A DNA stretch of 13,149 bases, taken from the NCBI GenBank assembly GCA_047631715.1, contig JBLICC010000023.1, positions 1-13,149 of the forward strand, written 5' to 3'. Numbering within the stretch: the stretch's first letter is position 1; each line of letters begins with the position of its first letter. Position numbers and translations under genes: made by a program. Shown here piece after piece: positions 5,264 through 13,149 of the stretch. The stretch is from Alteromonas naphthalenivorans. Lineage in GTDB: Bacteria; Babelota; Babeliae; Babelales; CAIQNR01. The notes under the pieces were generated by a model. The model had not been told where the DNA came from, did not search any database, and saw only the letters and a list, made by a program, of their open reading frames with translations.

Positions 5264-6898
5264 TCACGTTAAAATCTTATCGTGCATCAATGTTCTTTCT
5301 GCTATTTTTTCAAATAACGGTGCAGAAACAGTTGAGGCATATAGGTTATGTCGTTTTGATTCTTTTAGAAAACAGGCAATAATTCTTTTGTATCCACCTT
5401 TTTCTACGATGCCAGCAAAACCATACGTGTTTTTATGTTCATTATATTGGCCATCTTCTAAAAGATTAGTAGTGCTTGTTTTACCCATGGTGGTGTAACC
5501 GTGTACGGCGGCATATTTTCCGGTACCTTGCTTTGAGGTAGCTTCTTCTAAAATGGTACGCATGGTATTAATACTTTCTGACGAATAGATTTTTTGGGGT
5601 TCAGTAATTTCTTGGCTGAGTAATAATCGTGGGGTAACGAGATGCCCGTCATTGGCAAATACAGAAAAAGCACGAGCAAGCTGTAAAAGGGTATTGGTTA
5701 TTTCGTATCCATAAGAAAGAGAAATAATAGATTGTTTTGACCAACGTTCTGGTGGCATTACAAATCCTGATTGTTCTCCAGGGAATGGAATGTTAGTTTT
5801 GGTTCCAAATCCTAATCTACGGTAATGATCATAGATCTTGGTATCAAGACGTTTTGCTACTTTTGCAATTCCAATATTATTAGATTTTTTTATGATGTCG
5901 GTAAAAGTTGCTACTCCAAGAGAAAGAACGGTATTAACTTGTCGACCATCAAGGAAAGCAGTTTTTGTATTGAGGCAATCTATTTCTTCATCTGCAGTAA
6001 CCAGGCCTTCTTCGAGAGCTGCAAGGGCACAAAATGTTTTAATAACCGATCCAAATTCATAGCTTTCTGTTACAGCAGTGTTTTTTGTTGCTGCTTGACT
6101 GGTAATAATTGGGTCGTTGGGATCGAACGAAGGATAGGAGGCCATTGCCAAAATATCTCCTGTTTCTGGATCCATCACAACAGCTGCTCCTTGAGTTGAA
6201 CCAAACTTTTGTGCTGCTTGGGTTAGTTCTTCTTGAACTAGAAACTGTAGATTGCCATCGATAGTTAGCTCAACAGGGGCTCCATCTATCCCTTTTGTTT
6301 CTTTTTGTTTAGAAAAATAAAAATGACCAGAACGAGCATCTTTTTCTAATACGGTGGTTGTGGGTTTTCCAGTTAACTGTTCATTAAGTATTAGTTCGAT
6401 TCCAAAGAGTCCTTTGTTGTCTATATTGGTCATGCCTGTTAATAAACCTGCCGCTTCAATGGGGTAAAATCTGCTGGGTTCGTTTAAAAAGTGAATATCA
6501 GTAATACCGCTTTGCTCGATTAGTTTCTTTTCTTTATGAGAGATTTTTCTTTTTATATAGGCAAATTGGGCGTTTGGTTTTTTAATAAATCTTTCGTGTG
6601 CCTCGGGGAAATTTTTTTTTAAAAAGCGCTTAAATCCCGTTTTTTCTTTGATCATACGTGGAAGCATAAAAGCAGAAAGAGTTTCTTTATTAAGAGCAAG
6701 AGGGTTTTTGTTTCGATCTAAAATCGAAGCCCGTGGGGGATAAGAGGTTTGTGTAACATAATATTGTTGATGTCCAAGGTCTGTAAAAAATGTGTGTTGT
6801 TTAATTTGGAGGGTATATAAGTTGATGATTCCAATACAAAAAAGAGAACAAAAAAGAAAAAAAACAAGAGCTGTTCTTGCTTTATGAGTGCTGTCCAT
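5264..6898 (-). CDS. ftsI: Class B penicillin-binding protein, FtsI/PBP3-like transpeptidase (544 aa)
   Basis: N-terminal TM anchor; class B motifs PRASILDRN, RFYP, GLFGIE, LTIDGNLQ and DPETGDILAMASYPSFDPN; SxxK (SVIK), SxN (SNN), KTG-like (KTS); directly downstream of an ftsL-like gene. Confidence 0.9.
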   Translation of the reverse strand: MDSTHKARTALVFFLFCSLFCIGIINLYTLQIKQHTFFTDLGHQQYYVTQTSYPPRASILDRNKNPLALNKETLSAFMLPRMIKEKTGFKRFLKKNFPEAHERFIKKPNAQFAYIKRKISHKEKKLIEQSGITDIHFLNEPSRFYPIEAAGLLTGMTNIDNKGLFGIELILNEQLTGKPTTTVLEKDARSGHFYFSKQKETKGIDGAPVELTIDGNLQFLVQEELTQAAQKFGSTQGAAVVMDPETGDILAMASYPSFDPNDPIITSQAATKNTAVTESYEFGSVIKTFCALAALEEGLVTADEEIDCLNTKTAFLDGRQVNTVLSLGVATFTDIIKKSNNIGIAKVAKRLDTKIYDHYRRLGFGTKTNIPFPGEQSGFVMPPERWSKQSIISLSYGYEITNTLLQLARAFSVFANDGHLVTPRLLLSQEITEPQKIYSSESINTMRTILEEATSKQGTGKYAAVHGYTTMGKTSTTNLLEDGQYNEHKNTYGFAGIVEKGGYKRIIACFLKESKRHNLYASTVSAPLFEKIAERTLMHDKILT

Positions 6899-7163
6899 AG
6901 CCTGGAATCCTTTGTACTTGTTTAATTTTTAAGGGTTTCATTTTTAAATGAGTATGTGCATAGGCTTTTATTTCTTGTTTGTTTTTGAGTCTATAAAGTT
7001 CATTAACAAGAGCTTGTTTTTTATGAAAAAGCGTTTTTAGAGCGTTTTCCTTTTTTTGTTTTGTATAAGATAATTTTATCATCCTACTTTGTTTATCAAT
7101 CTGAAGTGCAATAAAGAGCACGTGTACCGTCAAGAATAAAACAATAAAGGCTTTTTTCTTCAT
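6882..7163 (-). CDS. ftsL: Cell division protein FtsL-like (93 aa)
   Basis: Short basic N-terminus, one TM helix, coiled coil, then LKNKQEIKAYAHTHLKM matching the FtsL L..x.I...A...L.M pattern. Overlaps the ftsI start by 17 nt; AGGTAGG RBS upstream. Confidence 0.7.
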   Translation of the reverse strand: MKKKAFIVLFLTVHVLFIALQIDKQSRMIKLSYTKQKKENALKTLFHKKQALVNELYRLKNKQEIKAYAHTHLKMKPLKIKQVQRIPGYGQHS

Positions 7164-7188
7164 GATTTTGACCTACCTATTTTCTTGT

Positions 7189-7206
7189 ACTATAACACAT
7201 GTTATA
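7189..7206 (-). promoter_or_regulatory. Putative extended -10 promoter of ftsL-ftsI overlapped by a 16-bp inverted repeat
   Basis: Minus strand TGtTATAGT at 7189-7197; TATAACA-CA-TGTTATA at 7191-7206. Confidence 0.35.
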
Positions 7207-7362
7207 CACCATAGCTTTTCAAAGTATTTAAAATCAAATGTTAATGGTAAGAATACTAAAATGTCTCTTAAGGTAGAAAAAATAAAATTAAAAATCATAA
7301 TCATTGCATTAACAGCAACATTTTTATAAGAATTAATTATAAATAGGTAAAAAGGAGAACGA

Positions 7363-8658
7363 ATGAAGAAATCATTAATAGTACTGAGTTTTATAATATT
7401 GAGTATTGGTACCTGGTCATTTGCCAATCATGGAGGATATGGAGCTTATCCCTCATCTCACTCTGATAATGCATCGCGAATAAAAAATGAACATCAAAAA
7501 GCTAAAGCAAAAAGAGCTAAAGAAAAATCTGAAGAAGAAAGAAAAGAGAAAGCTCAAGAAGTAAAATTAAAAAGAGCGAAAAAAGCTAAGGATGCAGAAA
7601 AAAGATTGTTAGAAAAAGTACAACAAGATAAAGAGAAAAAAGAAAAATCTACAGAAATAAAAAAAGAAAAAGCGCGTAAAGAGCTAGAAAAAGCAAAAAA
7701 AGCTAAAGAAAAAATTGAAGAAAAAAAAGAGCAAGATAAAAAATCTGTAGAAAAAGTAAAACGATCTAAAGAAAAATTAAGACAAGCTAAAGAGAAAACA
7801 AGAAAAGAAAAAGAAGAAGCTCAAAAAGCTAGAAAAAATCGTCGTTCGCTTTCTCGCTCACATAGTGGAGCTCGAATATCTTCTGATAAAAAGAAACAAG
7901 CACAAATTATAGACAGTACCGATTCTTTTAGAAGTAATCGTAAAACATTAGCAGGTAGAGTTGAGCAAGACATTAGAAAAGACTTCTATAAGTTGGTTGA
8001 TGATATCGAAGGCAAATCGGTAAGTAGAAGGCAAAGTGTTAAGCCAATGTTCTCTATTCCCAAAGGTAAGCCTAAGAAAAAAGTAGTTAAGGTTTTAAAG
8101 GTAGGTAAAACATGGGATAGACCAGATCGTATTAAAAAGTACGAAAATAGTTCTGGGCAAGCAACAGGGGACCATAGTCTTACTGGCCGAATTAATACAA
8201 TCAAGCCTAAAGCAAAAGAATCTGAAGCTAAGAAAGCTTTGTTTCATAGTAAACCAGCAGCAACAGATGCAGACAAAAGTAGGAAAGAGCGTCGCGAAGA
8301 ATTAACAGAGGATAAAGAGTTAAAAAAAGATATCTCTGAAATTAAAGTTAAACCTGTGGCTAAATCTAAAGCTAAGGCTCCTAAGAAAGCTAAGGCTCCT
8401 AAGAAAGCCAAGGCTCCTAAGAAAAAAGTAGTTAAGGCACCAAAAATAGGTAAAACATGGGATAGAAGAGATCGTATTGAAAAATACGAAAACAGTTCTG
8501 GGCAAGCAACAGGTGACCATGATCTTACTGGAAGACTTAATAGCAAGCCTAAAGCAAAAAAATCTGAAACCAAAAAAGCTTTGTTGCATAGTAAGCCAGC
8601 AGTAAAAGATGAAGGCAAAAATAGAAGAGATCGTCGTGAGGATGTAACTAACGACTAA
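7363..8658 (+). CDS. Lys/Glu-rich exported hypothetical protein with duplicated C-terminal module (431 aa)
   Basis: AAAGGAG RBS at 7351-7357; signal peptide MKKSLIVLSFIILSIGTWSFA; long K/E coiled-coil region; internal repeats stay in frame; terminator follows. Confidence 0.85.
   Translation: MKKSLIVLSFIILSIGTWSFANHGGYGAYPSSHSDNASRIKNEHQKAKAKRAKEKSEEERKEKAQEVKLKRAKKAKDAEKRLLEKVQQDKEKKEKSTEIKKEKARKELEKAKKAKEKIEEKKEQDKKSVEKVKRSKEKLRQAKEKTRKEKEEAQKARKNRRSLSRSHSGARISSDKKKQAQIIDSTDSFRSNRKTLAGRVEQDIRKDFYKLVDDIEGKSVSRRQSVKPMFSIPKGKPKKKVVKVLKVGKTWDRPDRIKKYENSSGQATGDHSLTGRINTIKPKAKESEAKKALFHSKPAATDADKSRKERREELTEDKELKKDISEIKVKPVAKSKAKAPKKAKAPKKAKAPKKKVVKAPKIGKTWDRRDRIEKYENSSGQATGDHDLTGRLNSKPKAKKSETKKALLHSKPAVKDEGKNRRDRREDVTND
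8071..8655 (+). repeat. Intragenic duplication of an ~80-aa module plus an 18-nt tandem repeat
   Basis: Modules begin at 8071 and 8416 (345-nt period), both reading PKKKVVK..K.GKTWDR.DRI.KYENSSGQATGDH.LTGR. AAAGCYAAGGCTCCTAAG occurs 3 times at 8368-8421 (KAKAPK). Confidence 0.92.
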
Positions 8659-8677
8659 CTAAAGAGTATATAAAAGT

Positions 8678-8711
8678 AAAAAAGGCTTCGAGAGATCGAA
8701 GCCTTTTTTTT
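8678..8711. terminator. Bidirectional intrinsic terminator between the Lys-rich gene and bamA
   Basis: AAAAAAGGCTTCGA-GAGA-TCGAAGCCTTTTTTTT perfect stem with A and T tracts on either side, between convergent genes. Confidence 0.92.
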
Positions 8712-8719
8712 AGAAATTA

Positions 8720-11185
8720 TTAAAAGTCTATACCGGTTGAGAAATGCACTTCATTGAGTGATTCTCCGGTGCGTTTATCAAGCTTAAAGCCCCAGTATAC
8801 ATTCATTGGTTGTGGATTGAGTACGCGCATACCAATACCAATAGAGTGTCGATAATCAAACTTATTGTTTTGTAAGTGATCAGTTGCAATTGAGTTTGCT
8901 CCTGGAGTATCCCATCCAGAACCACCATCATAAAAGACTACGCCTTTCATTGATTGATCGTTTACAATAGGGAAAATAAGTTCGGTATTAACAAAGAAAG
9001 CTTTCTTTCCACCAATGGCATCACCGCGCCAGTTTTTATTAACAAGATCTGGCACTGTCCAGATTGGGCCAACTTGTCCAAAATTCCAACCACGAACACT
9101 TGCTTGGCCACCAATATTATAAAGCTCACTATACGGAATACGATTATCTTCAAATCCATTAATATAACCCGCAAATCCATGAACATGTAAAACAAGAGTG
9201 TTTTGTCCAATAAGGGGTGTGTACCAATGTCCATCAGCCTGTAGTTTTAAGAAGCCAATGTTGTCTCCAAAACTTGGAACGCCTAATCGAGAACTCATCT
9301 TCCATTGATAGCCGTTTGATACATGCATGCTATGGTTGCGAGTATCTTTGGTTGCATGGAGTTGTAAATAAATAAATTTACCCGGTTTGAATCGTTCATT
9401 TAGAATGTTTTGATATTCCAATATTGTTGAAGAATCGGAATTAACCGCTGCAGTAGGCATTTTATTGTCACGATTGTCTATTTTTTCAAAGCCAAGTTCA
9501 CCAAAAAGATAAGCAAATCCAAGTTGCTTTGCCATAAATCCAACATTAAAAGATCCACCAACGCTTTTTTGCTGAACTTTTGAACGATCAGTTTTTTTGA
9601 GTTCATCGTATTCTGAATGTTTTATATAAGCATTGCAACCTACTTGAATTGGTTTATCCATAAAATAGGGATCGGCAAGGTTGAGCATAAATGATTGTTG
9701 ATCTTCTCCCCAACGACCCGTCATGCTGCTTTGAAGACCGAGGCCAAACATATTACGTTCTTGAAGACTAGCCTGTAGACCCCAACCTGCTCCAGCCGTT
9801 GACATTTGTCCGGGAGCGCCACCATAATTTGCTTGAAACTCAAAGCGTCCTGTTTTGATTTCTTTTACAATCATGTCTAAATCTGTGGTGTTATCATCAA
9901 TACGATTAATTCTCCAGTTAACACCTTCTTTCATGTCGAAGAATCCAAGAGAAGTAACTCGTTGTTTGGATGCTTCCATTTCTGCTGTAGTTAACAGGTC
10001 CCCTTCTTCGAGTAAGAACTGTCTTCGAATAACTTTATCTCGTGCTTTCTCGTTTCCAAAAATATTAATTTTATTAAGGTGAACAACATCGCCTGGGTCA
10101 CTATAAAATATAAGATCAACTGTTTTTTCTTCATCGTTGGGTTGAATGGACGGCTCAATGTTTGCGTAGATATGTCCCTGTTTTCCCCAGAGCATTTTGA
10201 GTTGTTCGATAGAATATCTAATTGCTTCTCTAGAATAAGGTTGTCCAGATCTAATAGGAATAATGCTCAACATATCTTTTTCTTTGAGCTTTTCATGATC
10301 AGGAGCTTTTACCGATTTAACAGTATATGAATCACCTTCATCTATATGAAAAGTAATATCAATATCTCTTTTTTTCTTATCAAATTGTACTGTGGCATTA
10401 GAAACTTTTGCATTCATATAGCCATGGCTTTGATAAAAATTTTCTAATGTATAACGATCTTGTTCAATGGCAAGAGGGTTATACGTTCCTCCTTTATCCA
10501 TTAGACCCAAAACCCAATCTTCTCGAGTAAACAAGAGAGATCGTAGTTTTTTGCCAGTAAACTTTTTATTACCGGTAAAACGAACTCGTTTAATTTTTGC
10601 TACAGGACCTTCTTTGATGGTAAAGATAGCAAGTGCTTTTCCTGTTTCTTTATCTTTTTTTAATTCTGTATCTACTTTTGCAAAATGATAATTTCGTTCT
10701 GCATACAGTTTTTCGATAGCACGAGCATATTTTTTAAGTTCTTGAGGGTCTGCAGCTGGTTTTTTTTCTAAATCTGTTTTTTCGAAAATAGTTTTAGATT
10801 TAAGATGTTTGTTTCCATTAAATATAACATCTTTAATTCTTGTTTTTTCGGTTAAGATAACATGCAAATTAATTTTATTGTTAGGTAGGTTTTCTCGTTT
10901 AACTTGTACTTGTTTAAAATATCCTAATTTATAAATATTTTTAATTAGTTTGCTCGAAAGATTACGATTATAGGGGTTGCCAATATGATACGGAATGGTA
11001 CTCATAATGGTATCGAGTGGCAGTGAGTGTAGTCCAGAGACAATTATTTTGTTGATAATTGGTTGTGAGGTTTTTTCGTTTTCATCAGACGATTCAGAAG
11101 TATATTTTGAGCTGTTTGCTCCAAGGGATACTGTTGTCAATGAGAGTAAAAGGACGGTAAGGTAAGCTTGTTTACGAGATAGCAT
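8720..11185 (-). CDS. bamA: Outer membrane protein assembly factor BamA (Omp85), 821 aa
   Basis: Signal peptide, POTRA repeats (IKNIYKLGYF, YQSHGY, GNEKARDKVIRR), barrel motif IGGQASVRGW, C-terminal FSTGIDF. Start placed at ATG 11185 because AGGAG (11193-11197) lies 7 nt upstream. Confidence 0.95.
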   Translation of the reverse strand: MLSRKQAYLTVLLLSLTTVSLGANSSKYTSESSDENEKTSQPIINKIIVSGLHSLPLDTIMSTIPYHIGNPYNRNLSSKLIKNIYKLGYFKQVQVKRENLPNNKINLHVILTEKTRIKDVIFNGNKHLKSKTIFEKTDLEKKPAADPQELKKYARAIEKLYAERNYHFAKVDTELKKDKETGKALAIFTIKEGPVAKIKRVRFTGNKKFTGKKLRSLLFTREDWVLGLMDKGGTYNPLAIEQDRYTLENFYQSHGYMNAKVSNATVQFDKKKRDIDITFHIDEGDSYTVKSVKAPDHEKLKEKDMLSIIPIRSGQPYSREAIRYSIEQLKMLWGKQGHIYANIEPSIQPNDEEKTVDLIFYSDPGDVVHLNKINIFGNEKARDKVIRRQFLLEEGDLLTTAEMEASKQRVTSLGFFDMKEGVNWRINRIDDNTTDLDMIVKEIKTGRFEFQANYGGAPGQMSTAGAGWGLQASLQERNMFGLGLQSSMTGRWGEDQQSFMLNLADPYFMDKPIQVGCNAYIKHSEYDELKKTDRSKVQQKSVGGSFNVGFMAKQLGFAYLFGELGFEKIDNRDNKMPTAAVNSDSSTILEYQNILNERFKPGKFIYLQLHATKDTRNHSMHVSNGYQWKMSSRLGVPSFGDNIGFLKLQADGHWYTPLIGQNTLVLHVHGFAGYINGFEDNRIPYSELYNIGGQASVRGWNFGQVGPIWTVPDLVNKNWRGDAIGGKKAFFVNTELIFPIVNDQSMKGVVFYDGGSGWDTPGANSIATDHLQNNKFDYRHSIGIGMRVLNPQPMNVYWGFKLDKRTGESLNEVHFSTGIDF

Positions 11186-11356
11186 GCATGGGCTCCTATG
11201 CACTTTCCAATCTTTTTAGTACAATACATATTCTCAAGATAAAATAAGCACTTATGATACTAGTTTTTAAAAAATTGACCAGCTTAAAGTAATGAGCGTT
11301 ATCGGTTATTCTGTAAACGCTATGACTGTAAAAGTTCAATAGGATAGAGATTATAT

Positions 11357-12688
11357 ATGATTACCTTAAGTAATACCCTGACCAATAAAAAAGAACAATT
11401 TACTCCTTTATCTCCAGATGAAGTAAAATTATATGTATGTGGAATTACACCTTATGATTTTGCTCATATTGGTCATGGCCGTTGCTATGTAACCTTTGAT
11501 GTACTCTATCGGTTACTTAAAAATGCTTATTCTAAGGTAACGTATTGTCGAAACTTTACCGATGTTGACGACAAACTTATGGCACGCGCAGAAAAAGAAT
11601 TGGGCGATAAACTTCGCTATCACGAGATTGCACAAACATTTATGAAGGCATATACCCAAGATGTTGCGCAACTTAATTGTTTGCCGCCGGATATCGAACC
11701 GCTTGCAACAGAAACTATCGACGCAATTATTGCTCTTGTACAAACTTTAATAGATAAAGGTTTAGCGTACGAAGTTGATGGAGATGTATATTATAGCGTT
11801 CGTACATTTAAAGATTATGGAAAACTATCTAAACGTAAAATTGATGATTTAAAATCCGGCGCGCGTGTAGATATTAACGACAAGAAAAAAGACCCTCTTG
11901 ATTTTGCACTCTGGAAAGCTGAGAAAGAAAATACTTTCTGGAAAAGCCCATGGGGATACGGTCGACCAGGTTGGCACATAGAATGTTCTGCTATGGCAGG
12001 TAAACATTTGGGCAAACATATTGATATTCATGCCGGTGGTATGGATTTAATCTTTCCTCATCACGAAAACGAAGTTGCGCAATCAGAAGGTGCGCATGGC
12101 AAAGAGTTTTCTCGTTACTGGTTACACAATGCATTTGTACAGTTAGACAAAGAAAAAATGTCTAAATCTCTTGGTAACTTTTTTACTCTACGAGATGTAT
12201 TTAAACAATTTGATCCTATGGTTATCAGATTTTATATTTTACAACATCATTATAGATCTCCTTTAGATTTTTCTTTCGATGACATTAAGGCATCAGAAAA
12301 AGCATATCGAAAGTTATGTAAAGCATTTGCAAGTTCAGCATGCCCATCAGCATCATTAAATGACGAGCACGTACAAGAATCACAAATCTTTAAAAAACTT
12401 ATGCGTTTTACACAAGATGATCTTAATACTGTGGGTGCACTTGGTGTGGTGTTCGAAAATTTGAGCGACATGCAAGAAGAGCAATGCGCTATCAAATTAT
12501 TTATTCAAAACATTCTTGGTCTTACCCTTAAGCCATTACCAGAAGTAGCTATTAAAATTACTCCTGAGATTCAAGAACTTATCGATGCACGCGAACAAGC
12601 ACGAATCGATAAAGACTGGGCTAAGGCTGATGAGCTACGCGATAAGCTAACTAAGCTTGGTGTAGAAGTTCAGGACAAAAAACTCTAA
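11357..12688 (+). CDS. cysS: Cysteine--tRNA ligase
   Basis: YVCGITPYDFAHIGH (HIGH), DFALWK, GRPGWHIECSAM, DLIFPHHENE, KMSKSLGNF, and C-terminal KADELRDKL anticodon-binding region. Confidence 0.99.
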   Translation: MITLSNTLTNKKEQFTPLSPDEVKLYVCGITPYDFAHIGHGRCYVTFDVLYRLLKNAYSKVTYCRNFTDVDDKLMARAEKELGDKLRYHEIAQTFMKAYTQDVAQLNCLPPDIEPLATETIDAIIALVQTLIDKGLAYEVDGDVYYSVRTFKDYGKLSKRKIDDLKSGARVDINDKKKDPLDFALWKAEKENTFWKSPWGYGRPGWHIECSAMAGKHLGKHIDIHAGGMDLIFPHHENEVAQSEGAHGKEFSRYWLHNAFVQLDKEKMSKSLGNFFTLRDVFKQFDPMVIRFYILQHHYRSPLDFSFDDIKASEKAYRKLCKAFASSACPSASLNDEHVQESQIFKKLMRFTQDDLNTVGALGVVFENLSDMQEEQCAIKLFIQNILGLTLKPLPEVAIKITPEIQELIDAREQARIDKDWAKADELRDKLTKLGVEVQDKKL

Positions 12689-13149
12689 GCCAAATTACGT
12701 TTTTGGTTAATAGGTTTTTTCATTAAAGAGGCAATCTTGGTATTTAGATTGGGCGCACTTTGTGAGCCAACAATTTGTTCTACCAGTTTGCCTTTTTCTA
12801 TATATAAAAACGTTGGAATCATAGTAATAGAAGTGCCAAGCTTTTCTTTTAATAGTTTAATATGTTTATCTGATTCTTCAAACCCGTCCATTTTTAGTTT
12901 TGCAAAGGTAATTTTTTTGCCTTTATTCTTTAGCGAAACTTCTTCAAAAATTGGTGACATGCGTCGGCATGGCCCACACCAGTCTGCATAAACATCAAGT
13001 AGTACGGGTGTTTTTGAATTAAGAACAAGTTTTTCGAAATTGCTGCTGTCTACAGAAATAACAGTAATTTCTTTCTTGGCAGGAGTTGCCTGTATTTTTT
13101 TAACAGGTTTTGTATTTTTTGATTTTGATTTGGTAGTTGGTTTAGTAAT
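12685..13149 (-). CDS. Thioredoxin-domain protein, N-terminus beyond window edge
   Basis: The frame is open to the window end: ITKPTTKSKSKNTKPVKKIQATPAKKEITVISVDSSNFEKLVLNSKTPVLLDVYADWCGPCRRMSPIF... WCGPC at 12967-12981 and the cis-Pro motif MIPT are present. The ORF-track start at 12960 is internal. Stop TAG overlaps the cysS stop (4-nt convergent overlap). Confidence 0.92.
   Translation of the reverse strand: MTKPTTKSKSKNTKPVKKIQATPAKKEITVISVDSSNFEKLVLNSKTPVLLDVYADWCGPCRRMSPIFEEVSLKNKGKKITFAKLKMDGFEESDKHIKLLKEKLGTSITMIPTFLYIEKGKLVEQIVGSQSAPNLNTKIASLMKKPINQKRNLA

Noticed and set aside
5034..5267. ORFs 5034-5267(-) and 5049-5240(+)
   Set aside because: Read-through of repeats R7/R8 overlapping real genes; no protein-like features.
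7173..7427. 84-aa minus-strand ORF upstream of ftsL (possible mraZ/rsmH remnant)
   Set aside because: AT-rich low-complexity translation with no MraZ or RsmH motifs; overlaps the start of the Lys-rich gene and the promoter region.
8685..8703. TCGAAG-containing hairpin as another copy of the repeat family
   Set aside because: Lacks the GA-GTG and GT-ATC motifs; it is a perfect stem with A/T tracts, i.e. an ordinary terminator.
11204..11356. T-box or other leader RNA upstream of cysS; AGCGTT...AACGCT inverted repeat at 11295-11321
   Set aside because: The region is short and AT-rich, with no T-box consensus or terminator. A 6-bp inverted repeat is expected by chance.
7986..12991. Other short ORFs overlapping the Lys-rich gene, bamA, cysS and the thioredoxin gene
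   Set aside because: All lie within well-supported genes on the opposite strand or in another frame, with no independent evidence.

Overview
AT-rich bacterial chromosomal window from a diderm (it encodes BamA). The gene content and the style of the secreted hypothetical proteins suggest a host-associated lineage such as Candidatus Dependentiae/Babeliae (TM6); this is inference, not verified. Genes in order: groEL (5'-truncated, +); a signal-peptide protein with a C-terminal beta-signal (-); a small exported/membrane protein with a 45-nt tandem repeat (+); class I DhnA-type aldolase (-); ftsI-like class B PBP and ftsL-like gene (-); a very Lys-rich exported protein with an internal duplication (+); bamA (-); cysS (+); a WCGPC thioredoxin-domain protein (5'-truncated, -). 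Three intrinsic terminators are clear. The most notable signal is non-coding: a dispersed family of 36-52-nt palindromic elements (8 copies plus a remnant, at 1607-1649, 3926-4208 and 5103-5253) with consensus TCA-[4-bp stem]-GA-GTG-[variable hairpin]-(T/C/A)GT-ATC-GA-[4-bp stem']. The outer stem shows compensatory changes, the fold is strand-specific (G.U pairs) with kink-turn topology, two subtypes form divergent doublets with a 30-nt linker, two copies are interrupted at the same G^A position by other palindromes, and near-identical inverted copies bracket the aldolase gene. No transposase or nuclease gene is in the window.
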